Virus record (IMG/VR): IMGVR_UViG_3300032225_002052
Span: 1-38,898 of that record
Source: a virus
Taxonomy: Duplodnaviria; Caudoviricetes
Strand: one strand, 5' to 3'
Length of the DNA: 38,898 bases
Shown here: positions 17,493 to 28,149 of the stretch, one piece after another
Layout: the number at the start of each line of letters is the position of its first letter
Numbering within the stretch: the stretch's first letter is position 1
Notes under the pieces: model-generated
The model's input: the letters and a program-made list of their open reading frames with translations, nothing else
Databases searched by the model: none
Told to the model about the DNA's origin: nothing
Position numbers and translations under genes: made by a program

Positions 17493-20042
17493 CTAATAGA
17501 TGGCAGCTACAGTGGCAGGAACCCCTACGCGCAACACTCCGCGAGGATCAGTAACGTCTTCGCAATCGAATTTAGTCAACCGCGCCCTCAAAATCAGATT
17601 ACCCACGGGCGGTGCGGTATCCGATTTCACCCAATTCCCGTACATTGCCGTTTCAAGCCCATCCGCTCGGAGCCGCACTCCAAATCCATGTCCCGTTTCG
17701 AGCCCCGTAATGGTCAACACTTGAGACAAAATCGGAGCAGACCACGCGATACTCGCCAATCCGCTTGCAGGGCCAGAACCGGCCATTGTTTGCCCCAGTT
17801 CCAGAATCAATGTTTGTTGAGCTTGCGCGTTTGCATTTTGCAAACTGAGAGCGACATTGCAAACAAGCTCCAGTTGCTTGGAATTGAGCAACATCACCGC
17901 GTCTACAGGCACACTAAACAAAGTTTGCTCAAACTCACTCGCGTAGTAATCCGTGTCGCTTCGCACAACTTGATACCAATACCGACCATCACTGGCGAAA
18001 TAGTCGCCTACCGCCAGCTTTCGAGAATGTCGCCCAGCACCTCCAGGTAATACCAAAGCGGTTGTGGCGCGATAGACATTGCCCGCACCCAACCCCGCGT
18101 TTGCCAGTAAAACACCCGTGGCAGTCGGATTCACCGAACGCAGAGCAGCAAGGAGAGGCGGCATTTTTGCGACGGGCACAGGAGGCGTTGTCCCATCCGT
18201 CGCTTTGGGAGGAATAGGTGCCGGACAAGGCAACGCAATGGAAAGCGCAGGAATTGAAAACTGCACTACCGGCACAGGCTTATCGGGCACTTTTGGCGTC
18301 GCCGCCACAATCGTGGCAGCAACCGCCGCCGTTTTCACGGCTCCTGTCGAACCACCCTGAATTTGCGGCGTCGGCCCCGACGAGTAAACCATTTGAGACG
18401 CCACCGAAACCGCAGACAACCCCTGACCATCTGGCAATAACTCGGCCATGTTGGGGATTTGAAACGTAGGATCGGAAAGCGGAGAAAAATTTTGCTGCTC
18501 TTTTGCCAGCATTTGCGTGGGCGTGATTGCCGAAATACGGCGATCAAAGTCAGACAAGGAGTCCATCAGCCCCACGACTTGAGCCATCGTGTGCGTGTGC
18601 GCTTCAAACGCAGATTTCGGCCCAGCAGCTATCACCGTGAGCACATACGCATTCACTGCTGGAGGAGAGGAAAAATCTAGCCGTACTAGATTTTCACTCA
18701 TAATAGTCGCTACGTAATCGCCCGCCGATAAGTACGCGCCTGGACTGCTATTACCGCGCACGGCCAAAAATACAGCCCGAGTTCCCAATCCGTGAGTGAT
18801 CTCAATCCGCTTTGTCTGCCCGTCACCAAATGCGGCAACGTAACTTTGAGTACCAGTGATCACCTGATTCCGCGTAAACGGAATGTAACTTTCGTGGGCT
18901 GGCGGACGCAGCCAGTCCGTCTGAGGCACCAATTCTAAGCCTTGCCAGTGCAGCTCCTGTCGAATGGTAAGAGTGGTGCTAAACAGCGTTACTCGCTTGG
19001 AAGGCACCGTTAAATTGGCGACATCCGCGACATCATCGACAATGTCCGCCTCGACTTCAAAGGGCACAGTGATGGATGCCTTACCCCGCAATGCGACAGC
19101 CAACTCGTAACTGGACAACGAAAGATCAAATCCCGGATCGCCGGGAGGTGCATTAAATACTTCTACGGTGATGGCGGGTACATCCCGGCCATTGAGCTTA
19201 GGTCCATCGAGAGTGATCAGCAAATTACCCGAGGAAGGGTTGGCTAGACTGACAGTGTCTCCAAAAATCAACGGCAATTCTTTTGCGTAAACGTCTACGC
19301 CGTCGTTTACAGGATCAAGCAGATTAGAACGTGTGTTGCCGGACCTCAGCGAAAACAAACCTCTGAAGGCTGGAGGAATGTAAAGGTTGAATACCGTTGG
19401 ATATTTTTTAACTACTCCCAAGTCGCTTTCAGAAGCGTCAATAAAGCCCGTCTTCACCTTAGTGACTTTGATGTCGTCCGCCACCATTGCCGACCATTCA
19501 CCCGCACTTGCTAACGGAGCCTGCATGGGACGCACCTCGTGCAACCAGCGGCCATTGACATCTGTGGCAGCAATGCGCACCAGGCTCACTGGTGTCAGTC
19601 GGTTGCTCAAGACTGACATGTCCACAGGCGAAGTTGCCCCCGGCCACTCCAGCACAAAAGAACCCGCGTCGAGCCAGACGTTGACGACCCCCAAAGCCTG
19701 AACCGCAGGCACTGCATTTAACAACGCCGCGAGCGCAGAAGCCGTGGCATTATAAGAGATAGCCGCCGTAGTGTTAAGGGCAGAAGTCACATCATTTCCG
19801 ACCTTAATCTTAAAATCGCCCCCAGTCGGTGCGGCATCAATGAGTCCAACGCTGGCACGAAGCGCACGCACCCCAACGGTGCGCTCTGCAACAGTTTTCG
19901 CGTCGAGTAATTCGTAAAACCGAAACGAGAGGGACATGACATCGCCCGCGCTGACCGCCGGAAATACATGCGCCACACTTGTGGTACTCAACTCTGCTGT
20001 CGCAATTCGCTTCGTGAGGTTGGCATACAGAATCGGGCGCAT
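17493..20042 (-). CDS. large tail / tail-tip protein
   Basis: 849 aa, beta-rich, in the distal tail module; GDG......ITHGLGT motif typical of tail proteins. Confidence 0.75.
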   Translation of the reverse strand: MRPILYANLTKRIATAELSTTSVAHVFPAVSAGDVMSLSFRFYELLDAKTVAERTVGVRALRASVGLIDAAPTGGDFKIKVGNDVTSALNTTAAISYNATASALAALLNAVPAVQALGVVNVWLDAGSFVLEWPGATSPVDMSVLSNRLTPVSLVRIAATDVNGRWLHEVRPMQAPLASAGEWSAMVADDIKVTKVKTGFIDASESDLGVVKKYPTVFNLYIPPAFRGLFSLRSGNTRSNLLDPVNDGVDVYAKELPLIFGDTVSLANPSSGNLLITLDGPKLNGRDVPAITVEVFNAPPGDPGFDLSLSSYELAVALRGKASITVPFEVEADIVDDVADVANLTVPSKRVTLFSTTLTIRQELHWQGLELVPQTDWLRPPAHESYIPFTRNQVITGTQSYVAAFGDGQTKRIEITHGLGTRAVFLAVRGNSSPGAYLSAGDYVATIMSENLVRLDFSSPPAVNAYVLTVIAAGPKSAFEAHTHTMAQVVGLMDSLSDFDRRISAITPTQMLAKEQQNFSPLSDPTFQIPNMAELLPDGQGLSAVSVASQMVYSSGPTPQIQGGSTGAVKTAAVAATIVAATPKVPDKPVPVVQFSIPALSIALPCPAPIPPKATDGTTPPVPVAKMPPLLAALRSVNPTATGVLLANAGLGAGNVYRATTALVLPGGAGRHSRKLAVGDYFASDGRYWYQVVRSDTDYYASEFEQTLFSVPVDAVMLLNSKQLELVCNVALSLQNANAQAQQTLILELGQTMAGSGPASGLASIAWSAPILSQVLTITGLETGHGFGVRLRADGLETAMYGNWVKSDTAPPVGNLILRARLTKFDCEDVTDPRGVLRVGVPATVAAIY

Positions 20043-20062
20043 GGATGTAATTCCTGCCGCTC

Positions 20063-20069
20063 TGTCAAC
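20063..20069 (-). promoter_or_regulatory. GTTGACA late element (N20-ATG)
   Basis: Intergenic, upstream of ATG 20042. Confidence 0.7.
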
Positions 20070-20076
20070 CTGACCT

Positions 20077-20259
20077 TTAACTGGCGTCGTCCTCTGGAGG
20101 AAATATCATCTTCAGACCCAAGTTACGCACCAGGTCTGAAAATGGAAACGGGATGACTTCAAACGGAAAAACGGGATTGAGCGTAGGATTGGGAAACTTC
20201 TGCTTTCTGAGCAGCTCCGCAATCCTTGCCGTTTCTTTCTGTTCAGCTTCATCCGCCAT
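20077..20259 (-). CDS. small hypothetical protein
   Basis: 60 aa, starts 3 nt after the upstream stop, co-oriented. Confidence 0.6.
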   Translation of the reverse strand: MADEAEQKETARIAELLRKQKFPNPTLNPVFPFEVIPFPFSDLVRNLGLKMIFPPEDDAS

Positions 20260-20262
20260 AAA

Positions 20263-21234
20263 TTATTGAGTCCAAAAGTAACCGGCATTCGATGGCGGCT
20301 TTACACCAAAAGGCATCGCCATGAGCGCCTCCAAACGCCCAATCTCGGCTAAAGCACCAAAAATACCCACGCCTGCCGCCGCCAAATTGGGATTGATAGT
20401 CACCCCTTGATAGTTGAGCAATGTCAAGAAGGGCACATACCCAAGGTTCCAAAATGTGCTTTGAGCCACATAAACATCCTCTTCGCCGGTAACATCCATC
20501 ATTCCGGGCGTGTCATTGACCAAATACAAAGTCGCCAACCGCACCTCGTCCACAAGCGGCTCTTGAGGAATCTCACCGGGGCCAATTTCCATCGGAGGCT
20601 GATCTCGGGAATATTGCGAGGCGACATGAACCCGAGCCGTATTCTGCCGAACATCCACGGAGTTTCCAGAAATGGAATACGAAGTCATCACCTCGTCGCC
20701 GATGCCGGTAAGTTCCCCATTGACGATCAGCTTACTCACACTTAAAACCACCTCGCAACGCAACAACCCCTTGCCGGGAGCTTGCTCAGTGACAGTTGTT
20801 CCATTTTGCACTGCATCCAGTTTTTCAGCGACGGAACTTGTTCGCGTGACCCCCATGCTTGAAAAAAAAGGGCGCAACGGCATTTGAGTGCCATCAATCC
20901 AAGTAAAATTCGGAATGGGCACCTTGGGCATCTCAAGAACATCGACCAGAATTACCTTCTTTTTGTCATCGGGATCGACCATTGGAACCTTTGCCGGACG
21001 CCCATTCACAAAACCGGGCACCATTTGAAGAAAATACTGCTCGGCATTGGAGTCCCAACCCAGCGTGACTTTCCACGGGTGCTCCATTCCAGCCGTGGCG
21101 TTCCGGGCTGAGATATATTGCCCCGCGTTCCCGCTGCCCAGAGTGATATTCGTCCCGGCGCGAAGCGTGTGACGCTGGACGCTTTTTACCAGATCGTTCC
21201 ACTGCTGCACATCCAGTTTACGCGGCATAAACAA
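20263..21234 (-). CDS. tail protein (paralog of 21218..21814)
   Basis: WNDLV..VQ....RAG, HPWKVT, G.VN, Q..FWNL shared with neighbour. Confidence 0.7.
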   Translation of the reverse strand: MFMPRKLDVQQWNDLVKSVQRHTLRAGTNITLGSGNAGQYISARNATAGMEHPWKVTLGWDSNAEQYFLQMVPGFVNGRPAKVPMVDPDDKKKVILVDVLEMPKVPIPNFTWIDGTQMPLRPFFSSMGVTRTSSVAEKLDAVQNGTTVTEQAPGKGLLRCEVVLSVSKLIVNGELTGIGDEVMTSYSISGNSVDVRQNTARVHVASQYSRDQPPMEIGPGEIPQEPLVDEVRLATLYLVNDTPGMMDVTGEEDVYVAQSTFWNLGYVPFLTLLNYQGVTINPNLAAAGVGIFGALAEIGRLEALMAMPFGVKPPSNAGYFWTQ

Positions 21235-21814
21235 GGTACTGAATGGTCTTGTCTTCTTTTACAAATGCCTGAAATCTAAGGTTAAAATACGTCACCTGAG
21301 TGTATTTCACCGCGCCATCCTTGGAGTCCACGACGCAAATAACGTGCTGCACAGTCGAGTCACCATCGGCCTTTATGATGTTTTTGGGCGCATCCGTAAC
21401 AACCACAGTGATGCCGTCTTCGTTCGCTTTTTTAATCTGATGATTTTTGTCTAAGGTCAACTCTAGACAGATAAAAGAGCGCCCATCTTTTTTAGTAAAG
21501 TCATGCGTGATCACCGGCATGACTCCATCGGCATCACCAGATACCGGCTTCTTCTCAATGGTTGGCTCTTGGTTGTTAATGACCCCAAACCCCACAATGA
21601 ATCCACCTTCACCCGTAGGCGTGACTCGAAACGCGGCTCTAACTCCCATGCCTTGAGACTTAGACGACAGCACTGTGCCATATGGCGTTTCCAAACACAC
21701 GATTCCAGCACCGGCCCTTGGCCGAATTGCCTGCACTGCTGCCACCAGAGCATTCCATTTTTTTGGAATTTGTCGGACAGTTTGAATCTTCAAACTTTCA
21801 ATTGAGGCGCTCAT
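21218..21814 (-). CDS. tail protein (paralog of 20263..21234)
   Basis: Start at 21814 by ATGA coupling; WNALV..VQ....RAG, FRVT, G.IN, Q..YFNL. Confidence 0.7.
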   Translation of the reverse strand: MSASIESLKIQTVRQIPKKWNALVAAVQAIRPRAGAGIVCLETPYGTVLSSKSQGMGVRAAFRVTPTGEGGFIVGFGVINNQEPTIEKKPVSGDADGVMPVITHDFTKKDGRSFICLELTLDKNHQIKKANEDGITVVVTDAPKNIIKADGDSTVQHVICVVDSKDGAVKYTQVTYFNLRFQAFVKEDKTIQYLVYAA

Positions 21815-22515
21815 TTGTAGTAGATGTCCGTGTTCCATCCCCCGCGCCCAGAAAGCATCCACTCTTCCGTAATCTCATAGTGTTTGCCGCGCTTTCGACT
21901 TCGCACCGGCATCGTCAGCCAATTACGAACACCACTTCCTAAACTGGGTGGAGTTTTTTCCGTGTCTGGAACTTCCACGACATGCCCAGGTGCCCCTGAT
22001 GGAATCTTTGCTTGCACGGTAATCTTTCGCCAAATTGCACCAATATCAATGAAGCTTTCAATACCAAACATGGGATTGCTGTTTTCCGTTCCCCCGGAGG
22101 ATATTCCTCTCTTAGCCGCTGCGCCGGTCAACACCCGAGGAAAGTGCAACCCCTCATCATCTTCCCAACCTTGAAATGCCGTGAGGAGCTTTCTAATAAA
22201 AGGATGCGCCTGAAGCGGCACATCGCGCTCAGTCGTTTCTAGCTCGTATTCTGCGTAGTCGGTTTTTTGATATAGCCCCTCATAAAACCAACGCACAATA
22301 GCCCAAGAACCCCCGTCTTGAGGTGACACTTGTTTGCGCATCACAAGCATGTCAGCCGGAGTCAAATTACATCGCGGTGTACTACCTTCCACATCGTATT
22401 GCCCAAGCGCCTCCGCGCCGACAATCTTTAGCGCCATCGTGGCGTTAGCTACTCCCCACTGATCCAGTGTCCACGACTCCAAATACGGAACGCCAAAATA
22501 ACCAAGAAGCTTCAT
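21811..22515 (-). CDS. distal tail-region protein (paralog of 22515..23219)
   Basis: RW.YEGL, P...HP.I..L, NP.FG, NWL.MP, E.TEEW..SGRGGW. Confidence 0.75.
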   Translation of the reverse strand: MKLLGYFGVPYLESWTLDQWGVANATMALKIVGAEALGQYDVEGSTPRCNLTPADMLVMRKQVSPQDGGSWAIVRWFYEGLYQKTDYAEYELETTERDVPLQAHPFIRKLLTAFQGWEDDEGLHFPRVLTGAAAKRGISSGGTENSNPMFGIESFIDIGAIWRKITVQAKIPSGAPGHVVEVPDTEKTPPSLGSGVRNWLTMPVRSRKRGKHYEITEEWMLSGRGGWNTDIYYK

Positions 22516-23219
22516 TAACGCAGTCCCTTTCCTTTTCCACTGCTACCGATGTCACCTTCGCTGATGGCGTACAAATAAGGACTCCAACCTCCGCGCCCAC
22601 TGCGTTGCCATTCTTCAGTCACCTCCCACGCCGTGCCTCGCCACCGAGCTTTTGTCGGCATTCGCAGCCAATTATATTCCGCAGTGGAGACAGTTTTGAA
22701 ATCTTCCCCTGGCGGGTCTTCAATCGTAGCCGCCATTGCAGAAGGAATTTCATCAGTGGAAAAAGTCCGCGTATAAGTCGCTCTCACATCCAAATAGGAA
22801 TCCACTCCAAAAAGGGGATTTTTACTCTTATCCTTAAGCCATTTTGGAAATCTAAGGCGCACCAATCCACCCTGCAACCCTTCATACGTAGTAATCAGTT
22901 GAGCAATGTGAGGATGTACCTCAATGGGCAACTCAGCCATACGTGTCGTCAATTCTGTTGGCATGGCATCCGGGTGCGTCTTTGCGACCAACCCCTCGTA
23001 AGTCCACCGCGTGGTCCCATTCCAGCCGCCATCATCAGCAGAAATGTCGGTACGAATCAGCTTCAGGTCACTGACCGTTATTCCGGCGGTTCCATTGTGA
23101 AATAGTTCTGGGGTTTTATACCATTTTTGCTCCAAAACCACGCGCTTAAACCCGAGGCGATCAATACTTTCATCTGCCAGAGTCGCCTGAATGCTATTGT
23201 AGCGCGTGATCCTTGCCAT
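22515..23219 (-). CDS. distal tail-region protein immediately after tape measure
   Basis: Position after tape measure; same motifs as 21811..22515. Confidence 0.75.
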   Translation of the reverse strand: MARITRYNSIQATLADESIDRLGFKRVVLEQKWYKTPELFHNGTAGITVSDLKLIRTDISADDGGWNGTTRWTYEGLVAKTHPDAMPTELTTRMAELPIEVHPHIAQLITTYEGLQGGLVRLRFPKWLKDKSKNPLFGVDSYLDVRATYTRTFSTDEIPSAMAATIEDPPGEDFKTVSTAEYNWLRMPTKARWRGTAWEVTEEWQRSGRGGWSPYLYAISEGDIGSSGKGKGLR

Positions 23220-23220
23220 T

Positions 23221-26200
23221 TTAATAATTCATGGGGTCAACTGGGTTCTTATCCGCCGCAGTTTGCGCACCGGCTTTTGTCACTAATTGCTCCATCAGCC
23301 CAGCAATGCGCTGGAGTCGGTCTAATTGCTGACGCGGCACATCGCCCCCAGCGGCTTCTCCCGAACCGCCCCCCAACCGAGCTAAATCACTTGTCACTGT
23401 AGGAGTGGATTGCCTCGTAATTTCACGTTCTGTCGCGCCTTTGGCCGTCGTGAGTTGCGCGTATTCCTTAGCCTGCGCTTCAACCTCTTCAGGCGACTTG
23501 CCCTTGCCTCCAAACATTCCCCGGCCCTGCTCATACGCGCTGTCATACTGGCTCTTATCTTCGCGAGTGTCCGCTTGTTTTCGGTAATAGTCGCGCTCGT
23601 CTTTGGATTGCGCCTTGCCTTCCAGCGTGCGATACGCCTGCACTTGCTGACCTCGCACGGCCTGCGCCACCTCCAGACGCTTCTGCCTCATGTTTTCTTC
23701 AGCCTGAAACTTTTGAGCATCCACCGACGCACTTTGTCCGCGCACATCAGAGTTTAAGGTATGAGCGTCGGTGCCCCGGACACTCTGAATGATTTCGAGC
23801 TGTTTAGCGGCAGTGCCATCATCCTGGCCGGAAGCTATTTTCCTTTTCAACTCCTCTTCTTGCTTTGCCAGTTCAGCGTCTGGTTTTTCTTTGAGCGCCG
23901 CTTTTTCCTGCGCAAGCTTTAACTCAGTCTCCGCAGCCTTGATCCGGGCCTGCCCCTCATCCACAGCCCGCTGGTAGCTGTTGCTTTTCAGAGCAGCAAT
24001 GAACTGCTCCATTTGCAAACGCCTTGTATCCTTGGCCTCATCCTGTTGCCCAACCGCTGCCGCCTGTACATCCTGCTTACGTTGCTGCTCAACATTGATT
24101 GACTCTGTACGTTGCGCAGCAATGCCCTGCGTGACCTCTTCCTTGTTGCCGTACCCCGAGTTCGCCTTGGTTTCGCGAGCCAAGTTAGTTTCTGCAATCT
24201 GCTTGGTAAACTTGGCTTGCTCCTCGTCCATCAGAGACTGGTTATTGCCATACGTCCCAGATGCCTCTATTTGCTTGCGATACGCCTGAATGCGCTCCTT
24301 GTCTTCTGCACTAATCAAGTCGCGTTTCTCAGTCTTACCATCTTTTTGTACCTCATATTGAAACCCCTCGCTGCGGCTTCCACTCAAACCTCCATTTCGG
24401 ACTCTGCTTGCCACTTCATCAATTTTTTCCAGATTGGCCTTAGCCTCCTCCATCGGCGCAATTTTCTGAGCAATTGCCTCTTGCGCAACAGCCGCTTTTT
24501 GCTCCACCAACCCGCCTCCCCGTAATCCCTTATCAATTTGAGCGGCAGTTTTCCCCTTGTTTTCAGGGGCAGATAAGTAGATGTCCTTGGCCGTGATTTC
24601 TTTACGGGCACGTTCCTGCTCAATTTCCGAGTTTCTCTGAGCCGCTTTTTGACTAGCAAAAACCCCAGCAGCAGCTACTTCGCTGTTTTTGGACGCGATA
24701 TAGCTTTCCCTCACCTTCTCGGGGCTATTTTCCTGAATGAATAAAGCGCGGCGATTTTCCAAATCTGCCTTTTTTGCTTTTTCTTTTTGAATCGCTTCAG
24801 TTGCTTCTCTTTTGGCTTTTGCGCTCGACTGTGGATCAGCTTGAGTTTTGGAGAGCGACGCAATTCGCTCGGAGGAGTCACTAATCGCCGCGTCCAGGCG
24901 CAACTCTTCGGAGCCGCTTTCTAACTCCATTTTCCGCTTGGTTGCCTTCCCCTTTTTAGCGGCAATCGCATTGTCATGCTTTTTTAACTCTTGCTCTAGC
25001 GGGTCGCGCTTTTGGAAATTCGCGGAACGTGCGTATTCAAAATCTCCCAACTCCATCTCTTGCGTTTCTGCAAGTGCTTTATTTTCCGACTCCAACTCTT
25101 TTAACTTTTTGCGCTTTGCATCGGCTTCATCGGGCGCGAGTTCTTTTTGCTGAGATTCAGCAATAGTACTATCTTTTACTGCCCCTTGATATTCCTCAGA
25201 ATTAGTCACCGCCACCTTTTTAGCTCGCTCGGCATCCGCCGCAGCCGACTTCTTCGCCCATTCCGCCGTGTTTTGCATTGCCGCAGCCAGCGCCTGCTCT
25301 CCACTCAATGCCTCTGCAAGCCTATCCTTGGAAACCTGCTGGAGCTGACGCTCCAACGCAATGCGCTCCTTGAACCGCTTCAACTCATCCACCGACATCG
25401 AAGAAGTGGCTCCCAAGTTCTCAAACTTGTTCTTGGTTTCCGTTAAAGTTGCGATGTCCGCTCGCTTAGAGTTCACCTTCGTCTCGTAAACTCCCTGAGA
25501 AATTTTTGCAGTCCCCTCTTTGCGCAACGCCAGAAGGTCTTCTTCGTTTTTGGCGATTTCCACCAAGAGTTTTTGGTAAGCTTCCAAGCGATCCACCGCC
25601 GAATTCGCAGCGTTCCCCGCCGCCAAAATACTTTCCGCAAAGGCGCGAGTGGCGTCGGCGCTCTTCTTGGCTTCATCCTGCGCCTTCCACACATCAGCAA
25701 AGCGACCATACACGTAGGTAACCGCTGAAATCACCGCAATAAGAGCCAAATACGGAGCCAGCGCCGCCATTATTGAGCCCGCCAACAGTCGCACTCCACC
25801 CACAAGCCCCACTAGCCCCTTTGTGAACAGTCCCGAGTTGAGCGTGCCCGCTTGCGCTGCCGCGCTATACTTACTGACAGCACTAGACAACTCCGCGACA
25901 TTTCTCACCCCGGCACTCGACATCGCTCCCGCCACCTTGATTGGATCAACCCTCTGTTGAGCCATCAATGCCGTCTGCACTGCACTTTTCGATCCCGCCA
26001 AATTGGGCGGAAGAGCCAAACTTTTTGCCACTTGCTCAGACACGCTTCTTGGCACCGAATCCACACGCTGACGAGCCTCCAAGGCTGACACTCTAGCCAC
26101 CGCAGCAGCAGGAGAAGACGCCCCTAAATCCGCTGCCATTTTTTTAGTTGCCGCCGACGCTGGGTTTGTTCTTAAAACCGTCGCCGCCGCCGCCAAACTA

Positions 26201-27408
26201 TCCGTGCCAGTAACCTTTAAGACACTATTGATTTTTGCGGCCTGCTGTAACTTTGCAAATTTTTCCCTTATTCCATCAATGGTCGCTCCATACGCCTGCC
26301 CCCAACTGGTGCTGGAAGCTCCCGCTGCCAGTGTCGAGAACGCTCCCTTTAACTGCGCCAGCTTTGCAGCCGCGTGAGCAATCGACAATACAAGCGTGCC
26401 CCCAATTAACACCGTAACAGCTTGCACCACAGCAGTAGCGATATTTCCAAAGACCTTGGTTTCAATTGTAAACGCAGAAATTGTGGATTTGATGTGCTCA
26501 AAAAGTGTAGGTAAAAAACCAAACGCTTTTCCCGCTGCTTCCGCCGCTGGTGTGAGTGCCTGTAATTCCTTGGTTTGCCGAGTCAAACTCATCTTTTCCG
26601 CTTCCGCGCTACCCTCAGCAAAAACTCTCTGCGCTTGCCCAATCGTATCAGCCAAAGTAGTCTGCAACGTCGTCAGTGACTTGGCTAAAATATCAGTGGA
26701 GCCAGCCGCTTTTTTTAGATCACCTTCCGCCGCACTAAACGCCTCTCGGAATATAGTTCCAACATCCGCGCCGCTTTCCTGTAACATCTCGATTTTATTG
26801 CGCGTCACGCCCGACATCAGCCCAAGTTCTTGCAGCCGCGAAGTGGCTTCTCCCACTCCACGATTGGATTTCAAGCCGTCGTACATCCGCCCCCAAATTA
26901 CCGAAAGCTCCTCCATAGGCACCCCTGCCAGCGCCGCGCCATCGGCAATGTTCTTCAGCGCCTCTTGCCCACTGTACGCTCCTCGCGTGAGCACCTCCAG
27001 ATTCTTGGACGCCTTCACCACATCATCCATGCGAAATGGTGCTGTCTTGGCAAACTCAGACAATTCCTGCACTCGCTTACGCGCTGCCTCCGCGCTCTTG
27101 AGCAAGGGCGTGAATTGGCCTTTGTAAATTTCAAACTTGGCTACCAACTCCATCCCGTCTCGCAACGCTCCAGTGGCATTCACAATGCCCCGGATTGCAG
27201 CCGTAACGCCAAGCGCCAAAGGCAACGCAGACGCAAAAGGCCCAAGCAACGAAGCCTCTATCACATTACGCATTCCGCTCCACGCCGCGCTTGCCACCGA
27301 GCCCCCTTGCGCTATTTGCGCCATTGGTCCCACCAAATGCACCATATTGGCGCGAATCCCCTGAACACTTTGTTGCAGGCCGGTTAGGTTAGGTTGGTTT
27401 TGACTCAT
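23221..27408 (-). CDS. tape measure protein
   Basis: 1395 aa, Ala-rich helical/coiled-coil; tape-measure core LLKSAEAA..RVQEL.EFAKTAPF...DVVKASKNL; hydrophobic segments. Confidence 0.92.
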   Translation of the reverse strand: MSQNQPNLTGLQQSVQGIRANMVHLVGPMAQIAQGGSVASAAWSGMRNVIEASLLGPFASALPLALGVTAAIRGIVNATGALRDGMELVAKFEIYKGQFTPLLKSAEAARKRVQELSEFAKTAPFRMDDVVKASKNLEVLTRGAYSGQEALKNIADGAALAGVPMEELSVIWGRMYDGLKSNRGVGEATSRLQELGLMSGVTRNKIEMLQESGADVGTIFREAFSAAEGDLKKAAGSTDILAKSLTTLQTTLADTIGQAQRVFAEGSAEAEKMSLTRQTKELQALTPAAEAAGKAFGFLPTLFEHIKSTISAFTIETKVFGNIATAVVQAVTVLIGGTLVLSIAHAAAKLAQLKGAFSTLAAGASSTSWGQAYGATIDGIREKFAKLQQAAKINSVLKVTGTDSLAAAATVLRTNPASAATKKMAADLGASSPAAAVARVSALEARQRVDSVPRSVSEQVAKSLALPPNLAGSKSAVQTALMAQQRVDPIKVAGAMSSAGVRNVAELSSAVSKYSAAAQAGTLNSGLFTKGLVGLVGGVRLLAGSIMAALAPYLALIAVISAVTYVYGRFADVWKAQDEAKKSADATRAFAESILAAGNAANSAVDRLEAYQKLLVEIAKNEEDLLALRKEGTAKISQGVYETKVNSKRADIATLTETKNKFENLGATSSMSVDELKRFKERIALERQLQQVSKDRLAEALSGEQALAAAMQNTAEWAKKSAAADAERAKKVAVTNSEEYQGAVKDSTIAESQQKELAPDEADAKRKKLKELESENKALAETQEMELGDFEYARSANFQKRDPLEQELKKHDNAIAAKKGKATKRKMELESGSEELRLDAAISDSSERIASLSKTQADPQSSAKAKREATEAIQKEKAKKADLENRRALFIQENSPEKVRESYIASKNSEVAAAGVFASQKAAQRNSEIEQERARKEITAKDIYLSAPENKGKTAAQIDKGLRGGGLVEQKAAVAQEAIAQKIAPMEEAKANLEKIDEVASRVRNGGLSGSRSEGFQYEVQKDGKTEKRDLISAEDKERIQAYRKQIEASGTYGNNQSLMDEEQAKFTKQIAETNLARETKANSGYGNKEEVTQGIAAQRTESINVEQQRKQDVQAAAVGQQDEAKDTRRLQMEQFIAALKSNSYQRAVDEGQARIKAAETELKLAQEKAALKEKPDAELAKQEEELKRKIASGQDDGTAAKQLEIIQSVRGTDAHTLNSDVRGQSASVDAQKFQAEENMRQKRLEVAQAVRGQQVQAYRTLEGKAQSKDERDYYRKQADTREDKSQYDSAYEQGRGMFGGKGKSPEEVEAQAKEYAQLTTAKGATEREITRQSTPTVTSDLARLGGGSGEAAGGDVPRQQLDRLQRIAGLMEQLVTKAGAQTAADKNPVDPMNY
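23235..23241 (-). promoter_or_regulatory. GTTGAC late element (GTTGACC-N15-ATG)
   Basis: In the last codons of tape measure, upstream of ATG 23219. Confidence 0.55.
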
Positions 27409-28094
27409 TGTTTCCCTAATTTTTCGTTCACTTTTGCCCAGTACTCGGCATTTGCACGCTCCCGCGCCGCTGCGTACTCCATTCCGTCCGCAGCGTATAC
27501 CTTGGCCTGCTCATCAATCCCTGCTTCACGCTTTTTGACATGCTCTTGGAAAGCCACCTCGTCGTCCGGCGTCCAAAAGTCCACATCCGCTCCGTCTTGC
27601 CTCGCAAATAGCGTGTTGTACCAACGCAGCTTTCCAAGCGGCATCATCCACGCCTCAATCTCACTCACCCCGGTGGACTTAAAGTAATACGTCACCGCTT
27701 CAAAATTGTCGTCTACGTCGGGTTCTTTGGTGCCAGCTTGTTTTTTCTCCCATAACTTGGGACCAGAAACAAAGTCATCCAAATAGGTTGAGAACTTACG
27801 CAATTCTTCCGCGAAGTTATATTTACGAATGCGCAAAAACCACAGAAACCGCCTCCAACGAGAATCCAATTTTGGCAACTGCACCATCTGTGGATAAACG
27901 GTCTGACACACTCGCACCGCGTATTCCAAATCCGCTACGTGCGCCAGCTCGCCCAGCAACAACGGAGAATTAGCGACCTCTAGTTGCAGCTTATGCCAAC
28001 AGCAATACGGCAGCAGTTTCTGCCCAAGCACTGTGTGCTCTGCGTTTAGAAATGCTTCCGCAAACTTGGTATCGACGACAAAGGAACTGGACAT
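27405..28094 (-). CDS. putative tail assembly chaperone
   Basis: Between tail-tube-like genes and tape measure; EAWMMPLGKLRWY resembles chaperone C-terminal motifs. Confidence 0.65.
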   Translation of the reverse strand: MSSSFVVDTKFAEAFLNAEHTVLGQKLLPYCCWHKLQLEVANSPLLLGELAHVADLEYAVRVCQTVYPQMVQLPKLDSRWRRFLWFLRIRKYNFAEELRKFSTYLDDFVSGPKLWEKKQAGTKEPDVDDNFEAVTYYFKSTGVSEIEAWMMPLGKLRWYNTLFARQDGADVDFWTPDDEVAFQEHVKKREAGIDEQAKVYAADGMEYAAARERANAEYWAKVNEKLGKQ

Positions 28095-28129
28095 AAAAAA
28101 AGGGGGCAGTGGCTATAACCACTACCCCC
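28095..28129 (-). terminator. rho-independent terminator
   Basis: Minus strand GGGGGTAGTGG-TTATAG-CCACTGCCCCC followed by TTTTTTT, directly abutting the next ATG. Confidence 0.85.
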
Positions 28130-28149
28130 AGTCAACAGTTGCCGGAGCG

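Noticed and set aside
26396-27387. Long plus-strand ORFs opposite tape measure (and similar ones opposite other structural genes)
   Set aside because: Antisense shadows of well-supported minus-strand genes, with no protein-like motifs.
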